This document shows positions 25,696 through 37,476 of a DNA stretch of 64,000 bases, piece by piece. The notes under the pieces were generated by a model, which worked only from the letters and a program-made list of their open reading frames with translations, was not told the DNA's origin and searched no databases. Source of the stretch: Squalus acanthias (Eukaryota); contig JASTWF010000499.1 in NCBI GenBank assembly GCA_030390025.1, positions 1 through 64,000 of the forward strand, in the 5' to 3' direction. How positions within the stretch are numbered: position 1 is the first letter of the stretch; every line of letters starts with the position of its first letter. Made by a program: the position numbers and the translations under genes.

Positions 25696-25945
25696 AGGTA
25701 CAATGAGTGAATCTACAGTATTACACAGTATATAAACACAGAAAGCAATTTGTCTGCAGAGATACTATCTTTCAGGGAGGCATTACATCAAAGACACACC
25801 AGAGCAGAGCCAAGACAATGAGATGGGTCACAGGGGGTCCAACGTGTTAAATCCTTCCGTCTGCAGTTGAGCTTTTAACCATTTTGGGTGGGGGGGGGGT
25901 TTGTGTTTATTTTTTAAAACTGGAAAGACAGACAACGATGTCGAG

Positions 25946-28570
25946 TCACGTTCTATAGCGTGACATGAACCCGATATCCCTATTGAGGCCGTCCTCATGG
26001 GTGCGGAACTTTGCTATCAGTTTCTGCTCGATGATTTTGCGTTGTCGTGTGTCTCGATGGCCGCCTTGGAGAACGCTAACTCGCAGATCCGAGGCTGAAT
26101 GACCTTGACTGCTGAAGTGTTCCCCGACTGGGAGGTATCAATCCTGCCCGGTGATTGTTGCGCGGTGTCCGTTCATACGTTGTCTCAGTATCTGCATGGT
26201 CTCGCCGATGTACCATGCTCCAGGGCATCCTTTCCTGCAACGTATCAGGTAGACAACGTTGGCCGAGTCACATGAGTATGTACCATGTACCTGGTGGGTA
26301 GTGTCGTCACGTGTGATGATGGTATCTGTGTTGATGATCTGGCATGTCTTGCAGAGGTTGCCGTGGCAGGGTTGTGTGGTGTCGTGGTCGCTGTTCTCCT
26401 GACAGCTGGGTAATTTGCTGCGAACGATGGTACTTTTGAGGTTAGGTGGCTGCTTGAAGGCGAGTAGTGGAGGCGTGGGGATGGTCTTAGCAAGGTGTTC
26501 GTCGTCATCGATGATGTGTTGAAGGCTGCGAAGAACATGGCGTAGTTTCTCTGCTCTGGGGAAGTACTGACGACGTAGGGTACTCTGTTGGTTGTGTCCC
26601 GTGTTCGCCTTCTGAGGAGGTCTATGCGGTTTTTCGCTGTGGCCCGTCAGAACTGTCGATCGAAGAGTCGAGCGTCATATCCCGTTCTTACGAGGGCGTC
26701 TTTCAGTGTCCGTAGGTGTCCATCGCGTTCCTCCTCGTCTGAGCAGATCCTGTGTATTCGCAGGGCTTGTCCATAGGGGATGGCTTCTTTATCGTGGTTA
26801 GGGTGGAAGCTGGAGAAGTGGAGCATCGTGAGGTTGTCAAGGGCTTGCGGTAGAGTGAAGTGCTGAGGCGTCCGTCTTTGATGGAGATTCGTGTGTCCAA
26901 GAATGAAACCGATTCTGAGGAGTAGTCCATGGTGAGTTTGATGGTGGGATGGAACCTGTTGATGTTATCGTTTAGTCCTTTCAGTGATCCTTCGCCGTGG
27001 GTCGAAAGGAAGAAGCTGTCGTCGATGTATCTGGTGTACAGCGTTGGTTGGAGGTCCTGTGCAGCGAAGATATCTTTCTCGAACTTGTGCATGAAGATGT
27101 TGGTGTGTTGGGGTGCGAATTTGGTCCCCATGGCTATTCCGTGTGTTTGGATAAAAAATTGTTGGTCGAAGGTGAAGACATTGTGGTCAAGGATGAAGCG
27201 GATGAGTTGTAGGATGGCGTCTGGAGATTGGCTGTTGTTGGTGTTGGGTACTGAGGCTGTCGCAGCGATGCCGTCATCATGGGGGATATTGGTGTAGAGT
27301 GCCGATACGTCCATCGTGGCGAGGAGTGTTCCTGGTTCAACTGGTCCATGGGTGCTGAGTTTCTGCAAGAAGTCTGTAGTGTTGCGACAGAAGCTGGGGG
27401 TTCCCTGTACGATGGGTTTCAGGATGCCCTCGACGTACCCAGAGAGGTTCTCACACAGGGTTCCGTTGCCTGATACGATAGGACGTCCGGGTGTGTTGGC
27501 TTTGTGTATCTTTGGGAGGCAGTAAAAGTCTCCTACGCGGGGAGTACGTGGGATGAGAGCACGTAGGATGCTTTGAAGGTCTGGATCGAAGGTCTTGATC
27601 AGTCTATTGAGTTGGCGGGTGTGTTCTTTGGTCGGATCTGCGGGTAACTGTCTGTAGTGTTCCTGGTTGTCGAGTTGTCGGTATGCTTCTTTGCAATAGT
27701 CCATTCTGTTCTGTATGACGATGGCTCCTCCTTTGTCCGCTGGTTTGATGACGATGTTGCGGTTGGTCTTGAGAGCGTGGATGGCGTTGCGTTGTGCTCG
27801 GGTGACATTCTGTACTGTCTTGTGAGTGCGGCTGATGAATCTGGCGTTGATGCATTTCCTGACAGCTTGAGCATACATGTCAAGCTTAGGGAAGCGACCC
27901 TCCGGAGGGGTCCAATTTGAAACTTTCTTCTTCGGTTGATGCACTGTTGTTCCCTCTGTCTGCTGTTCCGGATCATTGATTGGCTCATTGGGTTTGTTGC
28001 TGACATCTTGGGATTTGTGGTAGTATTCCCAGATCCTCATTCTCCTGATGAATTCCTCTGTGTCTGCCGCGAGACCGATGGGGTCCATTTTGGTGGTGGG
28101 GCAGAACTTGAGCCCGAGGGCGAGAACTTCGATTTCGTCTGGTTGAAGGGTGTGGTCTGACAGGTTGCCGATGGACGTCCCTGTGGTTGCAACCGTGGTA
28201 CCGGGGGAGGCTTGGTTGCTGCTGGTGGTGATGCCGAGTTTCTCAAGCTTCCTGTTCTTGATGCGCATGTAGGAAGCGTAGTTCCGTTGCCTCGTCTGTT
28301 TGGCGGTGTGTTGTAGCTGGTCTGCTGTGTCCTGAGCACAGGCTGAGAGCATGGACTCTATCTTGGTTTCGAGGTTGCGGCGTCTGCTGTCGAGCTGGTG
28401 TCCGAGATGGTTGAGGAGTGTGCGAGAGGTACGACGGCAAAGTCTCTCAGCGTAGTCTGTGTTGTATGTCGACTTGAGTGGGTTCGTGATCTGTAGTCCT
28501 TTCGGAATCTTGGCTGCTTTCTTACATCTCTGTAGATACTTGATGTCTGTGTCAATATGCGTGATCTTCT
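25946..28570 (-). pseudogene. PLE RT-GIY-YIG polyprotein, frameshifted (near 26840 and 26570)
   Basis: Frame is open from about 28570 (KITHIDTDIKYLQRC..IPKGL) to YRKP, then has 1-nt deletions relative to the 17794-18780 copy. Confidence 0.88.
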
Positions 28571-29018
28571 TGGATTGTTACCTCCCAGTCGGGGAACACT
28601 TCAGCAGTCAAGGACATTCAGCCTCGGATCAGCGGGTTAGCGTTCTCCAAGGCGGCCTTCGAGACACACGACAACGCAAAATCATCGAGCAGAAACTGAT
28701 AGCCAAGTTCCGCACCCATGAGGACGGCCTCAATAGTGATATCGGGTTCATGTCACGCTACAGAACGTGACTCGACATCGTTGTCTGTCTTTCCAGTTTA
28801 AAAAAAAAACACAAAAAAGAAACCCCAAAAAAAGGTTAAAAGCTCAACTGCAGACGGAAGGATTTGACACGTTGGACCCCGTGTGACCCATCTCATTGTC
28901 TTGCCTGTGCTCTGGTGTGTCTTTGATGTAATGCCTCCCTGAAAGATAGTATCTCTGCAGACAAATTGCTTTCTGTGTTTATATACTGTGTAATACTGTA
29001 GATTCACTCATTGTACCT

Positions 29019-29056
29019 TTACCTGACGAAGGGGCAACAGCTCCGAAAGCTTGTAA
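29019..29056 (+). ncRNA. Minimal hammerhead ribozyme motif
   Basis: Mirror image of 25658-25695. Confidence 0.75.
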
Positions 29057-29494
29057 TTTTAAGTAAATCTGTTGGACTATAACCTGGTGTTGTGCGACTT
29101 CTCATTTTTATAAATAAAGGCATAGAGTACAAAAGCAATGAAGCATTGCTAAACCTTTGTAAAACACTTGGTTAGGCCCCAGCTGGAGTCGTTTGTGATT
29201 CTGGATACCAGGTTTTAGGAAGGATATCAAGGTCTTGTAGAGGGTGCAGAAGAAATTTACTAGCATGGTACCAGGTATGAAATACTTCGGTTAGGTGGAG
29301 AGATTGGAGAAACTGGGGTTGTTCTTCTGAGAGCAGAGAAGATCAAGGGGAGATTTGATAGAGATATTCAAGATCATGAACCAGTGGCGATATGATAGTG
29401 GGGGAAATAAGGAGTGAGTTGTTGTGATTTGGAATGCACTGCCTGATAGGTGGTGGAAGCAGATTCAATAGTAACATTCAAAAGGGAATTGGAT

Positions 29495-30035
29495 TGTTGG
29501 TGAAAAATTAATTCACTCGAGTCTGTCTTAAAGCAAAAGATCACAGTTTATTATTCAGAGCGCTCTGGGAGAAGGGCCACAGCCTGCGGTCTAATGACCA
29601 GCTTCTCAATTTAATAATGGCAGCAACGCTTCTTTATACACTGCAAGAAGCCAGAAAATACAAACATCAGCACAGTTATTACATCATGACCGACCCTTAT
29701 GGTCTCTAAAAACAACTTGATTAGAATCTTACAATGTTAGTGAAACTCTTCCTTTACTTCTGCTTTTTACAGCCATCTGCGCTGCAAGGTTTCATTCTTA
29801 TACCTATTCGAGGTTAGTTTATAGAAAACAATGATTCACATTTTTGTTCTGCAGTGTCTGCATTATCTGTACTGCAGACTAAGCAAGTTGGTCTTTTATC
29901 TAATTATACCCCTGTCTCCATGCCTTCGGGAGATACTTTGACCTTTACTATAGTCCTTTAAGCAGTTCAACTAATCTCAAACATTACAAATGATTTGCCC
30001 TTACATTATTACAATTATTTTTTTTTACTCTTACA
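29495..30035 (-). mobile_element. Probable solo LTR (541 bp)
   Basis: TG...CA termini; GGAT/CGAT 4-bp imperfect TSD; clean insertion in a CR1; minus-strand TATAAA followed by AATAAA. Confidence 0.7.
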
Positions 30036-32033
30036 CGATAATTACTTCAAATAGGAAAAAATTGCAGGACTCTGGGGAAACAGCAGCGGGGAGTGGGACT
30101 AATTGAATAGATCTTTCAAAGCGCTGATGCAATCATGAGGGACTGAATGGCCTCCTTCTCAGCCGTATCATTCTAGGATTCTAGGATTTACCGACTCAAC
30201 CAACACTCCCTTATTTACACCAATTACTAATGATCAATGCCTGTTACTAATTAATAAATAGATCAGCAAGAAATAGGTAAATGGAACCCACGGTTCAACT
30301 TCCATTGTAGATACAGAGGCAACTCAGACTGAGTCCGGACCGCTCAGATATTCACTGCAGTTGTACAGTACGGCCGGTAGTACAGACACTGACTGCAGGT
30401 GTGACCCTGAATCCGACACCGGAATCACAAGGCCATTCTGGGAATTTTACTAAAAGTCCAACCGCTTAGCAGGCAAACCAGAACCGCCACGGGTAAAGGA
30501 AAAAAAACACAGGATATGTGGGCGAACTCTCTTATTTTATTAAACGAAACGTCAATGGTTTGTGAATCGTTAAAGGATTGGTGATCATTAATAGATTGTT
30601 AAACGTTAATCGATTGGGAGTCCTGAAACGTTTGGGAACCATTGATTGGTCAAGATCCATCAATCATTGCAAGTTATCAATTGTTTCAGAAAGTTGATGT
30701 TTGGGGAAATATCAATAGATTGAAACCATCAATGGATTGAGAAATATCTGTGGTTTGGAAAACATGATGAAGGCCGACAGTATTCAGAAATATCATTTGT
30801 TTAGTAATATGGCGGCCTGGGAAATACCAATGGGTCCGGAAATCTCTCTCCGTCCATCTGTCGCTATTTCTGTTAGTTGGCGCAGAGACAGTTTGTTACT
30901 CCTGTGTGTGAGGTATTGAGCGGGAATGGGAACTGTACACAAACCACATTAATAATCCGTCGTTTATGGGGGAGCCTCTTATACTAGGGGGAGAGGGTCA
31001 ATCAGGAATCAGTCACCTCGGAGCCATTCGCGGAAAATCACATCACCAATAACACTTCAATATTAACAATTCATTTTAAAGCACTTTGGGACATTAAGAA
31101 AGCGTTTGAAGTTATAAATTTGGACCAGAAAATTGCGTGGATAAGTAATTTCTAAATATGGCCATAATGGCACCTTATTCCATTCTTTATATCCCTACAC
31201 CGGTTCTCCACGAACCTAAACAAGTCGCACAAAAAAGTACAACCTTTTGAGAAATAAGAGTCTGATTTAACCTCATGTCATAGAGCATTGAGCCTAAAAA
31301 TTGGCATTCAAATCTCCAAATTCGGCAACTGCACCGATTCAGCTCTGTCTGCATGATGTACCATGTCCACTCTAACCATATATCTCCATCACGGTGACCC
31401 CATCAACATGAGCACATCTCAGTGATGTACTGACCTTACCCACCCAACTGGTGAACAATTCATTCAGTGTATGAATGGGCTGAATGGAAAGGCTCTGGGG
31501 CGTGTGTGGTTAAAGGATGAAGAGCATTTCAAATTGCGACCACAATGTGCAAAACCCACGGGATATATTTCACTGTGGCAATGACGTACACCGACTATAT
31601 GACGGTAAAGAAAGTCACAGTTCATGCTCCTTTTATCCGTGTGTTCAGAATGGTGTGACTGCACCAGGCTCACAGAGGAGCAAGGATTTAGGTAGGGAAG
31701 TGGAAAAATGATGTACCCGTTGATCTGCTGTGTTTCCGCATTGATTGAAGTAATTCGGGGGAGGATATATTGAGTGCTTTGTTTGACATGAAAGGACCAC
31801 ATGTTCCAAATATTACACTGGTCTCCTCTCAACCCAGACACGTGCTCGCTTTATATCTTTGAGATGGAGATTCCCCATCACCACAGAAGGATCATCAGTA
31901 CCGTGTGGATAGCTTCAGGCTTTCACTTCGTGATACGATAGCAAAATACTGCAGATGCTGGAAATCCGAAATAACAACAGAAAACGCTGGAAAAACTCAG
32001 CAGGCCAGGCAGCATCCGTGGAGAGAGAAAGAG

Positions 32034-32070
32034 AGTTGACGTTTCAGGTCGATGACCTTTCATCAGAACT
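32034..32070 (-). ncRNA. Minimal hammerhead ribozyme motif of the second PLE family
   Basis: Minus strand: agtt-CTGATGA-a-aggtc atc gacct-GAAA-cg-TC-aact. Confidence 0.8.
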
Positions 32071-32346
32071 GGGAAGAGCTGGAAATCAAATAGATTTAAG
32101 GCCAGGGTAAAGCTGGGAAAAGGGGGAGGGGATAAAGGAACAAAGGAGGAGATGAAGAGACATTAAGAGACATTAAGAGATATGCAAGGCTAGAGGTGGT
32201 GTTAATGTGACAGATTAAGGCTGAATGAAGTGTGAAATCTACTGGCAGAATGAAGGACAGCTGCCAGCTTCTAGGAGGAAAAAAAAGGTGGGGGGGACAA
32301 ATAAAAGGGTAGATAAAATAAAATATAAATGTGATTGGAGCTGAGG

Positions 32347-34620
32347 TTATGATCTAAAATTGTTGAACTCGATATTGAGTCCAGAGGGCTGTAGCGTGCC
32401 TAAACGAAAGATGAGGTGCTGTTCCTCGAGCTTACGCTGAGCTTCCGTGGAACAGTGTATTAGGCCGAGGACGGTGAGGTCAGAGTGGGAGTGAAGCGGT
32501 GAATTAAAGTGACAGGCCACCGGGAGCTCGGGGTCCCCCTTACGGACTGAACGGAGGTGTTCCGCAAAGCGGTCACCCAATCTGCGTTTGGTCTCCCCAA
32601 TGTAGAGGAGTCCACATCGTGAGCAGCGAATACAGTATACTAAATTGCAGGAAGTACAAGTAAATCGCTGTTTCACCTGGAAGGGGTGTTTGGGGCCCTG
32701 GACAGTGGGAAGAGGGGAGGTATAAGGGCATGTGTTGCATCTCCTGCGCGTGCACGGGAAGGTGCCGGGCGAAGGGGAAGGGGTGCTGGGGGTGGTAGAG
32801 GAGTGTACTAGGGTGTCGCGGAGGGAGCGGTCCCTGCGGAATGCTGAAAGGGGAGGTGAGGGGAAGATGTGTTTGGTGGTGGGATCACGCTGGAGGTGGC
32901 GGAAATGGCGGAGGATGAACCGTTGAATGTGGAGGCTGGTGGGGTGAAAGGTGAGGACAAGGGGAACCCTATCGTGGTTCCGGGAGGGAGGGGCAGGGGT
33001 GAGGGCAGATGTGCGGGAGATAGAACGGACACGGTCGAGGGCCGTGTCGACCACGGTAGAGGGGAATCCTCGGTTGAGGAAAAAGGAAGACATGTCGGAA
33101 GCACTGGTATGGAAGGTGGCATCATCAGAGCAGATGCGGCGGAGATGGAGAAACTGGGAGAATGGAATAGAGTCCTTACAGGAGGCGGGGTGGGAGGAAG
33201 TGTAGTCCAGGTAGCTGTGGGAGTCGGTGGGCTTGTAGTGAATGTTAGTCAATAACCTATCCCCAGAGATGGAGATGGAGAAGTCGAGGAAGGGAAGAGA
33301 AGAGTCGGAGATGGACCATGTGAAGGTGAGGGAAGGGTGGAAATTGGAAGCATAGTGAATGAAATGTTCTAGTTCAGGGCGAGAGCAGGAGACGGCACCG
33401 ATACAGTCATCAATGTACCGGAAAAAGAGGTGAGGGAGGGGACCCGAGTAGGACTGGAACAAAGAGTGTTCCACATATCCCACGAAAAGGCAGGCATAGC
33501 TAGGACCCATGCGGGTACCCATAGCAACACCTTTAATTTGGAGGAAATGGGTAGAGTCAAAGGAGAAGTTGTTCAATGTGAGAACAAGTTCAGCCAGGCG
33601 GAGGAGGGTGGTGGTGGATGGGGACTGGTTGGGCCTCTGTTCAAGGAAGAAGCGGAGCGCCCTCAGGCCATCCTGGTGGGGAATGGAGGTGTAGAGGGAT
33701 TGTACGTCCATAGTGAAGAGGAGACGGTTGGGGCCGGGAAACTGGAAACTGTTAAAATGGCGGAGGGCATCGGAAGAGTCGCGGATGTAGGTGGGAAGAG
33801 ACTGGACAAGGGGAGAAAAAATAGAGTCGAGATAGGAAGAGATAAGTTCCGTGGGGCAAGAACAGGCTGAAACGATGGGTCTACCGGGGCAGTCCTGTTT
33901 GTGGATCTTGGGAAGGAGGTAGAAGCGGGCTGTGCGGGGTTGGGGAACTATGAGGTTGGCGGCCGTGGGGGGAAGATCTCCAGAGGAGATGAGGTCAGTG
34001 ACAGTCTTGGACACGGTGGCTTGATGTTCGGTAGTGGGGTCATGGTCCAGGTGGAGGTAGGAGGAGGTGTCAGAGAGTTGGCGTTCAACTTCCGCTAGGT
34101 AGAGGTCGGTTCGCCAAACAACAACAGCGCCACCCTTGTCAGCAGGTTTAATGACAATGTCAGGGTTGGATCGGAGAGAATGGAGTGCTGCAAGTTCAGA
34201 GGGAGGTAGGTTGGAGTGAGTGAGGGGAGCAGAGAAATTGAGCTGGCCGATGTCACGGCGGCAGTTAGCAATGAAAAGATCAAGAGAGGGTAAGAGGCCA
34301 GAGGGAGGGGTCCAGGTGGAACGAGAATTCTGAAAGCGGGAGAAAGGGTCAGCCGTGCGGGGGGAAGACTCCTGGCCAGAGAAGTGGGCACGGAGACGGA
34401 GGCGGCGGAAAAAGAGCTCAGCATCGTGCCGAGCTCGAAATTCATTGAGATGGGGGCATAAGGGGATGAAGCTCAGGCCTTTGCTGAGGACTGATCGTTC
34501 GGAGTCAGAGAGGGGAAGGTCAGAGGGGATAGTGAAAACGCGGCAGGGGGTGAGATTGGGAGAAGGGGGGTCAGAGGAAAGTGAAGGGGAAGAAGGTTCC
34601 GGAGGGGCTTTAGTGTCCAA
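32347..34620 (-). CDS. PLE reverse transcriptase / GIY-YIG endonuclease (5'-truncated; the annotated start is TTG, not ATG)
   Basis: PADKGG, GRPIVS, MDVQSLYTSI, GVAMGT, RYIDD, NLVYCIRC..LYIGET, PSGLN. Confidence 0.88.
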   Translation of the reverse strand: MDTKAPPEPSSPSLSSDPPSPNLTPCRVFTIPSDLPLSDSERSVLSKGLSFIPLCPHLNEFRARHDAELFFRRLRLRAHFSGQESSPRTADPFSRFQNSRSTWTPPSGLLPSLDLFIANCRRDIGQLNFSAPLTHSNLPPSELAALHSLRSNPDIVIKPADKGGAVVVWRTDLYLAEVERQLSDTSSYLHLDHDPTTEHQATVSKTVTDLISSGDLPPTAANLIVPQPRTARFYLLPKIHKQDCPGRPIVSACSCPTELISSYLDSIFSPLVQSLPTYIRDSSDALRHFNSFQFPGPNRLLFTMDVQSLYTSIPHQDGLRALRFFLEQRPNQSPSTTTLLRLAELVLTLNNFSFDSTHFLQIKGVAMGTRMGPSYACLFVGYVEHSLFQSYSGPLPHLFFRYIDDCIGAVSCSRPELEHFIHYASNFHPSLTFTWSISDSSLPFLDFSISISGDRLLTNIHYKPTDSHSYLDYTSSHPASCKDSIPFSQFLHLRRICSDDATFHTSASDMSSFFLNRGFPSTVVDTALDRVRSISRTSALTPAPPSRNHDRVPLVLTFHPTSLHIQRFILRHFRHLQRDPTTKHIFPSPPLSAFRRDRSLRDTLVHSSTTPSTPSPSPGTFPCTRRRCNTCPYTSPLPTVQGPKHPFQVKQRFTCTSCNLVYCIRCSRCGLLYIGETKRRLGDRFAEHLRSVRKGDPELPVACHFNSPLHSHSDLTVLGLIHCSTEAQRKLEEQHLIFRLGTLQPSGLNIEFNNFRS

Positions 34621-35003
34621 GAGTTGTTGAAGCTTGCGATCCCTGACATCGGAAAGGAAGAAGAAAAGTTCGTGATGTTCAGCTGGTTAGAAATGGACAC
34701 TGTATGGAGTAAAATGGTACAGAAAATCAGGAAGGACTGGAGGCGCCAGACTGACACAAATGTAAAGGGGCTGCCTCGTGTTAGGAAGTAGAGACTCAGA
34801 AAGATGAGAATGTGGAACAGCAATATTCAGGACCATCCATCCATCGATTCATCCTTGCATTAATCCTTTCATCGATCCATTAATAAAAATTCAGACATCT
34901 AACTATCCATCTATTCCTGCATCGCTACATCCAACTATCCATCCACGCAAACACGCATACTTACTTATTTCAGAATGTATCCTCTCTCTGAGGTCCTCTC
35001 TGT

Positions 35004-35246
35004 NNNNNNNNNNNNNNNNNNNNNNNNNNNNNNNNNNNNNNNNNNNNNNNNNNNNNNNNNNNNNNNNNNNNNNNNNNNNNNNNNNNNNNNNNNNNNNNNN
35101 NNNNNNNNNNNNNNNNNNNNNNNNNNNNNNNNNNNNNNNNNNNNNNNNNNNNNNNNNNNNNNNNNNNNNNNNNNNNNNNNNNNNNNNNNNNNNNNNNNNN
35201 NNNNNNNNNNNNNNNNNNNNNNNNNNNNNNNNNNNNNNNNNNNNNN
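35004..35246. other. Assembly gap (243 N)
   Basis: N run. Confidence 1.
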
Positions 35247-36760
35247 TGTGCTGGACTGACCCTCCAGCTGACTGCTGCTACTGACAGGATGTCTGAGACG
35301 CTGGATATATTTCCTATCCTGAGAGATGGGAACAGTTACACACAGTTACACAACTAAATAATTAAAATTGACTCCAGTACTGTTGCTGGGCAGATTTGTT
35401 TATCAATAGACCTCACTCACAATGTTAAGGGTTTGAAGTTGGCTTTCAGCCAAGCGGTCAGTAGTGAGGAAACAGATTTTTGATTCACTGCACAGAACCC
35501 CCAGATGCTTCCTGTAAATAACATTGGGTGTTCGAGCCTCCCTGACGGCAGTCGGCTGGGCTGCTGCCAAATACTGTGTGGGGCAGATTGCCGTGAATAT
35601 GAATGGGAACAAGATGGGATTTAACTATTTGAACATTAAATTATTCAGCAGTGCTCTTACAAGAATGAAACATTTAACATGGTATAACATTTAAAGAATG
35701 ACTTTCGGTAAATGACTTGCTCACAATATTATAAAATATGATCAGAAAAAAGTAAATTGATCCACTAATTAATTTTAAAAATTCCTATTAAAGACAATTC
35801 TAAATAATTCAGTCGGTTTATTCAGCACTGCACGAAGTGCTGGAGAGAGATTTTATTGACCCAACACCCACACTGTAATGAGATCAGTGGGAATCGCAAA
35901 GTAAATAAAACAATCGGTGGAATTGCCTCGAACCCGCTGCACTTCCTTGAATATTCTCAGAGTTGTGAGCCTGATTGAAACTAAGGGCTCCCTTATTACT
36001 GATTAGCAGCCGCGCACTGTGCAGTTTAATTTTGCTGATTTTGATTCCAAAACAACCCCTCTCAGAGCTCGGCTACCAATGGGCAGAGAAATGTTCAGTT
36101 TGTGATCTGTTTCAGCGGGAGATGAAGCCTTTATTCTTGTGATATTCAGTAACATACCGCTATGTCCTGATATACTGGGTTCCCCATACCAGTGTATGTT
36201 ACACAGTCGGTCGCTATTAAAGTTTGCTGCAAGAATTTGGATGCCGGGGTTTGCTGATCGTATTATCGGTTCTGATTCACCAGCTTCTCTTTACCAAAAG
36301 CTGATCTGAAGCGGGCGGGCCCCACATTCTTATGTGTCTCTGTCAACTCACTCCTTAATTATCAGGCAAGCGAATTTATGTTAAAGCTAATTTTATAAAG
36401 GACTGTCTTAGGGTCACAGACTCAATGGCAGTTAGAGAAATGCAATGAGATACACTTGTATAATGTGAGGGTTTTCTACTCATCTCTGGACCCAAATCGT
36501 GTAGCTATAGCCATCCACATTGTGAATAGAATCACATTACCCATCTCCCGCATTCAGTTACATAGACCAAAAGCAATTCATAATACAGGGATACTTTATT
36601 GGTACTGAGTGAAGGATGGATAGCGGGAGATGGCGTAACACATACTGGCAGTCCCTTTAGACCCTGATAATGTAATTTAATCTCAAAGATTCACATCCCC
36701 TGTGAAGGAGTGAGGAAATAAAGGGATTTCATTGACAGTCCAGATGTGAGTCCATTCTGT

Positions 36761-36858
36761 TGGTGATGTGGAAGGTGTGACGTGGATCCAGTAGCCGCCT
36801 CTATCAGGGAATCAATAGGCGGCGCCTGTAACCTCGCCCCCTTCTACCGGGTATTTAA
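36761..36858 (+). promoter_or_regulatory. Putative VH promoter: CRE-like TGACGT (36778-36783) and TATA-like TATTTAA (36852-36858); no octamer seen
   Basis: Lies about 100-170 bp upstream of the leader ATG; shark IgH promoters are known to lack the octamer. Confidence 0.45.
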
Positions 36859-36950
36859 CTGCCGGTCACTGGGACCGCAATACAACAGTCCGGGAGCGGG
36901 TTTGCTCAGTGAGTTCTTGTCAGAACCATTTCCCACACATTGCCAGGAGG

Positions 36951-36996
36951 ATGAGATCGGCGATTTTTCTCAGTCTGTTGTTGGCTTTCTTATCCC
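36951..36996 (+). CDS. IGHV: IgH leader exon (MRSAIFLSLLLAFLS)
   Basis: Hydrophobic signal peptide; phase-1 donor C|GTGAGT splices in frame to the V exon. Confidence 0.93.
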
Positions 36997-37123
36997 GTGA
37001 GTAGTTTTTATTGTCCAAGTCTCTCACTGTTACTGTCTCAGTGTTAGTCTCTCTCTGGAATGTTACAGAGTCAGGAATCATTTCTCCAGGATTAATTCTC
37101 GGGGTCTTTGATTGTTTTTACAG

Positions 37124-37438
37124 GTGTCCAGTCGGATGTCGTGTTGACTCAGCCAGCGGCAGAGACCGGGAGTCCCGGAGGCTCCCTGAGACTAACCTGT
37201 AAAACCAGCGGGTTCACTCTAAGTAGCACCCACATGCATTGGTTCCGACAGGTTCCCGGACAAGGACTGGAGTGGCTGGTTAGATATTACAGTTCATCAG
37301 ACAAGTATTACGCTCCAGTGATTGAGAGTCGATTTACTGCGTCCAAAGACACTTCAAACAGCATCTTCGCTTTGGACATGAAGAACCTGAGGACCGAAGA
37401 CTCCGCCATCTATTACTGTGTAAGAGACGGCAGTGGGT
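37124..37438 (+). CDS. IGHV: VH exon germline-joined to a D remnant (…YYCVRD-GSG)
   Basis: Acceptor TTTACAG; [33 protein letters not shown]; about 11 extra nt after GTAAGAGA before the heptamer. Confidence 0.96.
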
Positions 37439-37476
37439 CACGGTGCTGCACAGAGCGAGCTCCTCATACAAAAACC
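37439..37476 (+). promoter_or_regulatory. Recombination signal sequence, 22-bp spacer (CACGGTG-22-ACAAAAACC)
   Basis: 6/7 heptamer and consensus nonamer. Confidence 0.95.

Larger units (their letters stand above)
25567..29106 (-). mobile_element. Penelope-like (Neptune-type) element, 5'-truncated, with an inverted 3' copy (28571-29106) and a 14-bp TSD
   Basis: RT motifs PADKG, GRPIVS, MDVSALYTNI, GIAMG, RYIDD; GIY-YIG domain; TTTATAAATAAAGG at 25553-25566 and 29107-29120. Confidence 0.95.
25530..30190 (+). mobile_element. CR1 3' fragment split by a PLE (25567-29106) and a solo LTR (29495-30035)
   Basis: ILGFINKG|IEYKS continuity across the PLE; GGAATTGGAT|AATTACTT continuity across the LTR; tail ATTCTAGG x2. 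Confidence 0.85.
31935..34668 (-). mobile_element. Second Penelope-like (Neptune-type) family: single 5'-truncated copy with an uninterrupted ORF
   Basis: 757-codon RT + CxxxxCxxC linker + GIY-YIG frame; candidate 8-bp TSD TTCGTGAT at 31927-31934 and 34669-34676. Confidence 0.93.

Noticed and set aside
31200-31930. Possible host-gene or viral remnant flanking the PLE (hydrophobic short ORFs, also 34680-34823)
   Set aside because: All frames are interrupted by stops even after removing the PLE; no recognisable motif
37414-37420. Cryptic heptamer TACTGTG (VH replacement site)
   Set aside because: Dictated by the YYC codons and common in VH genes; no upstream donor V in this window
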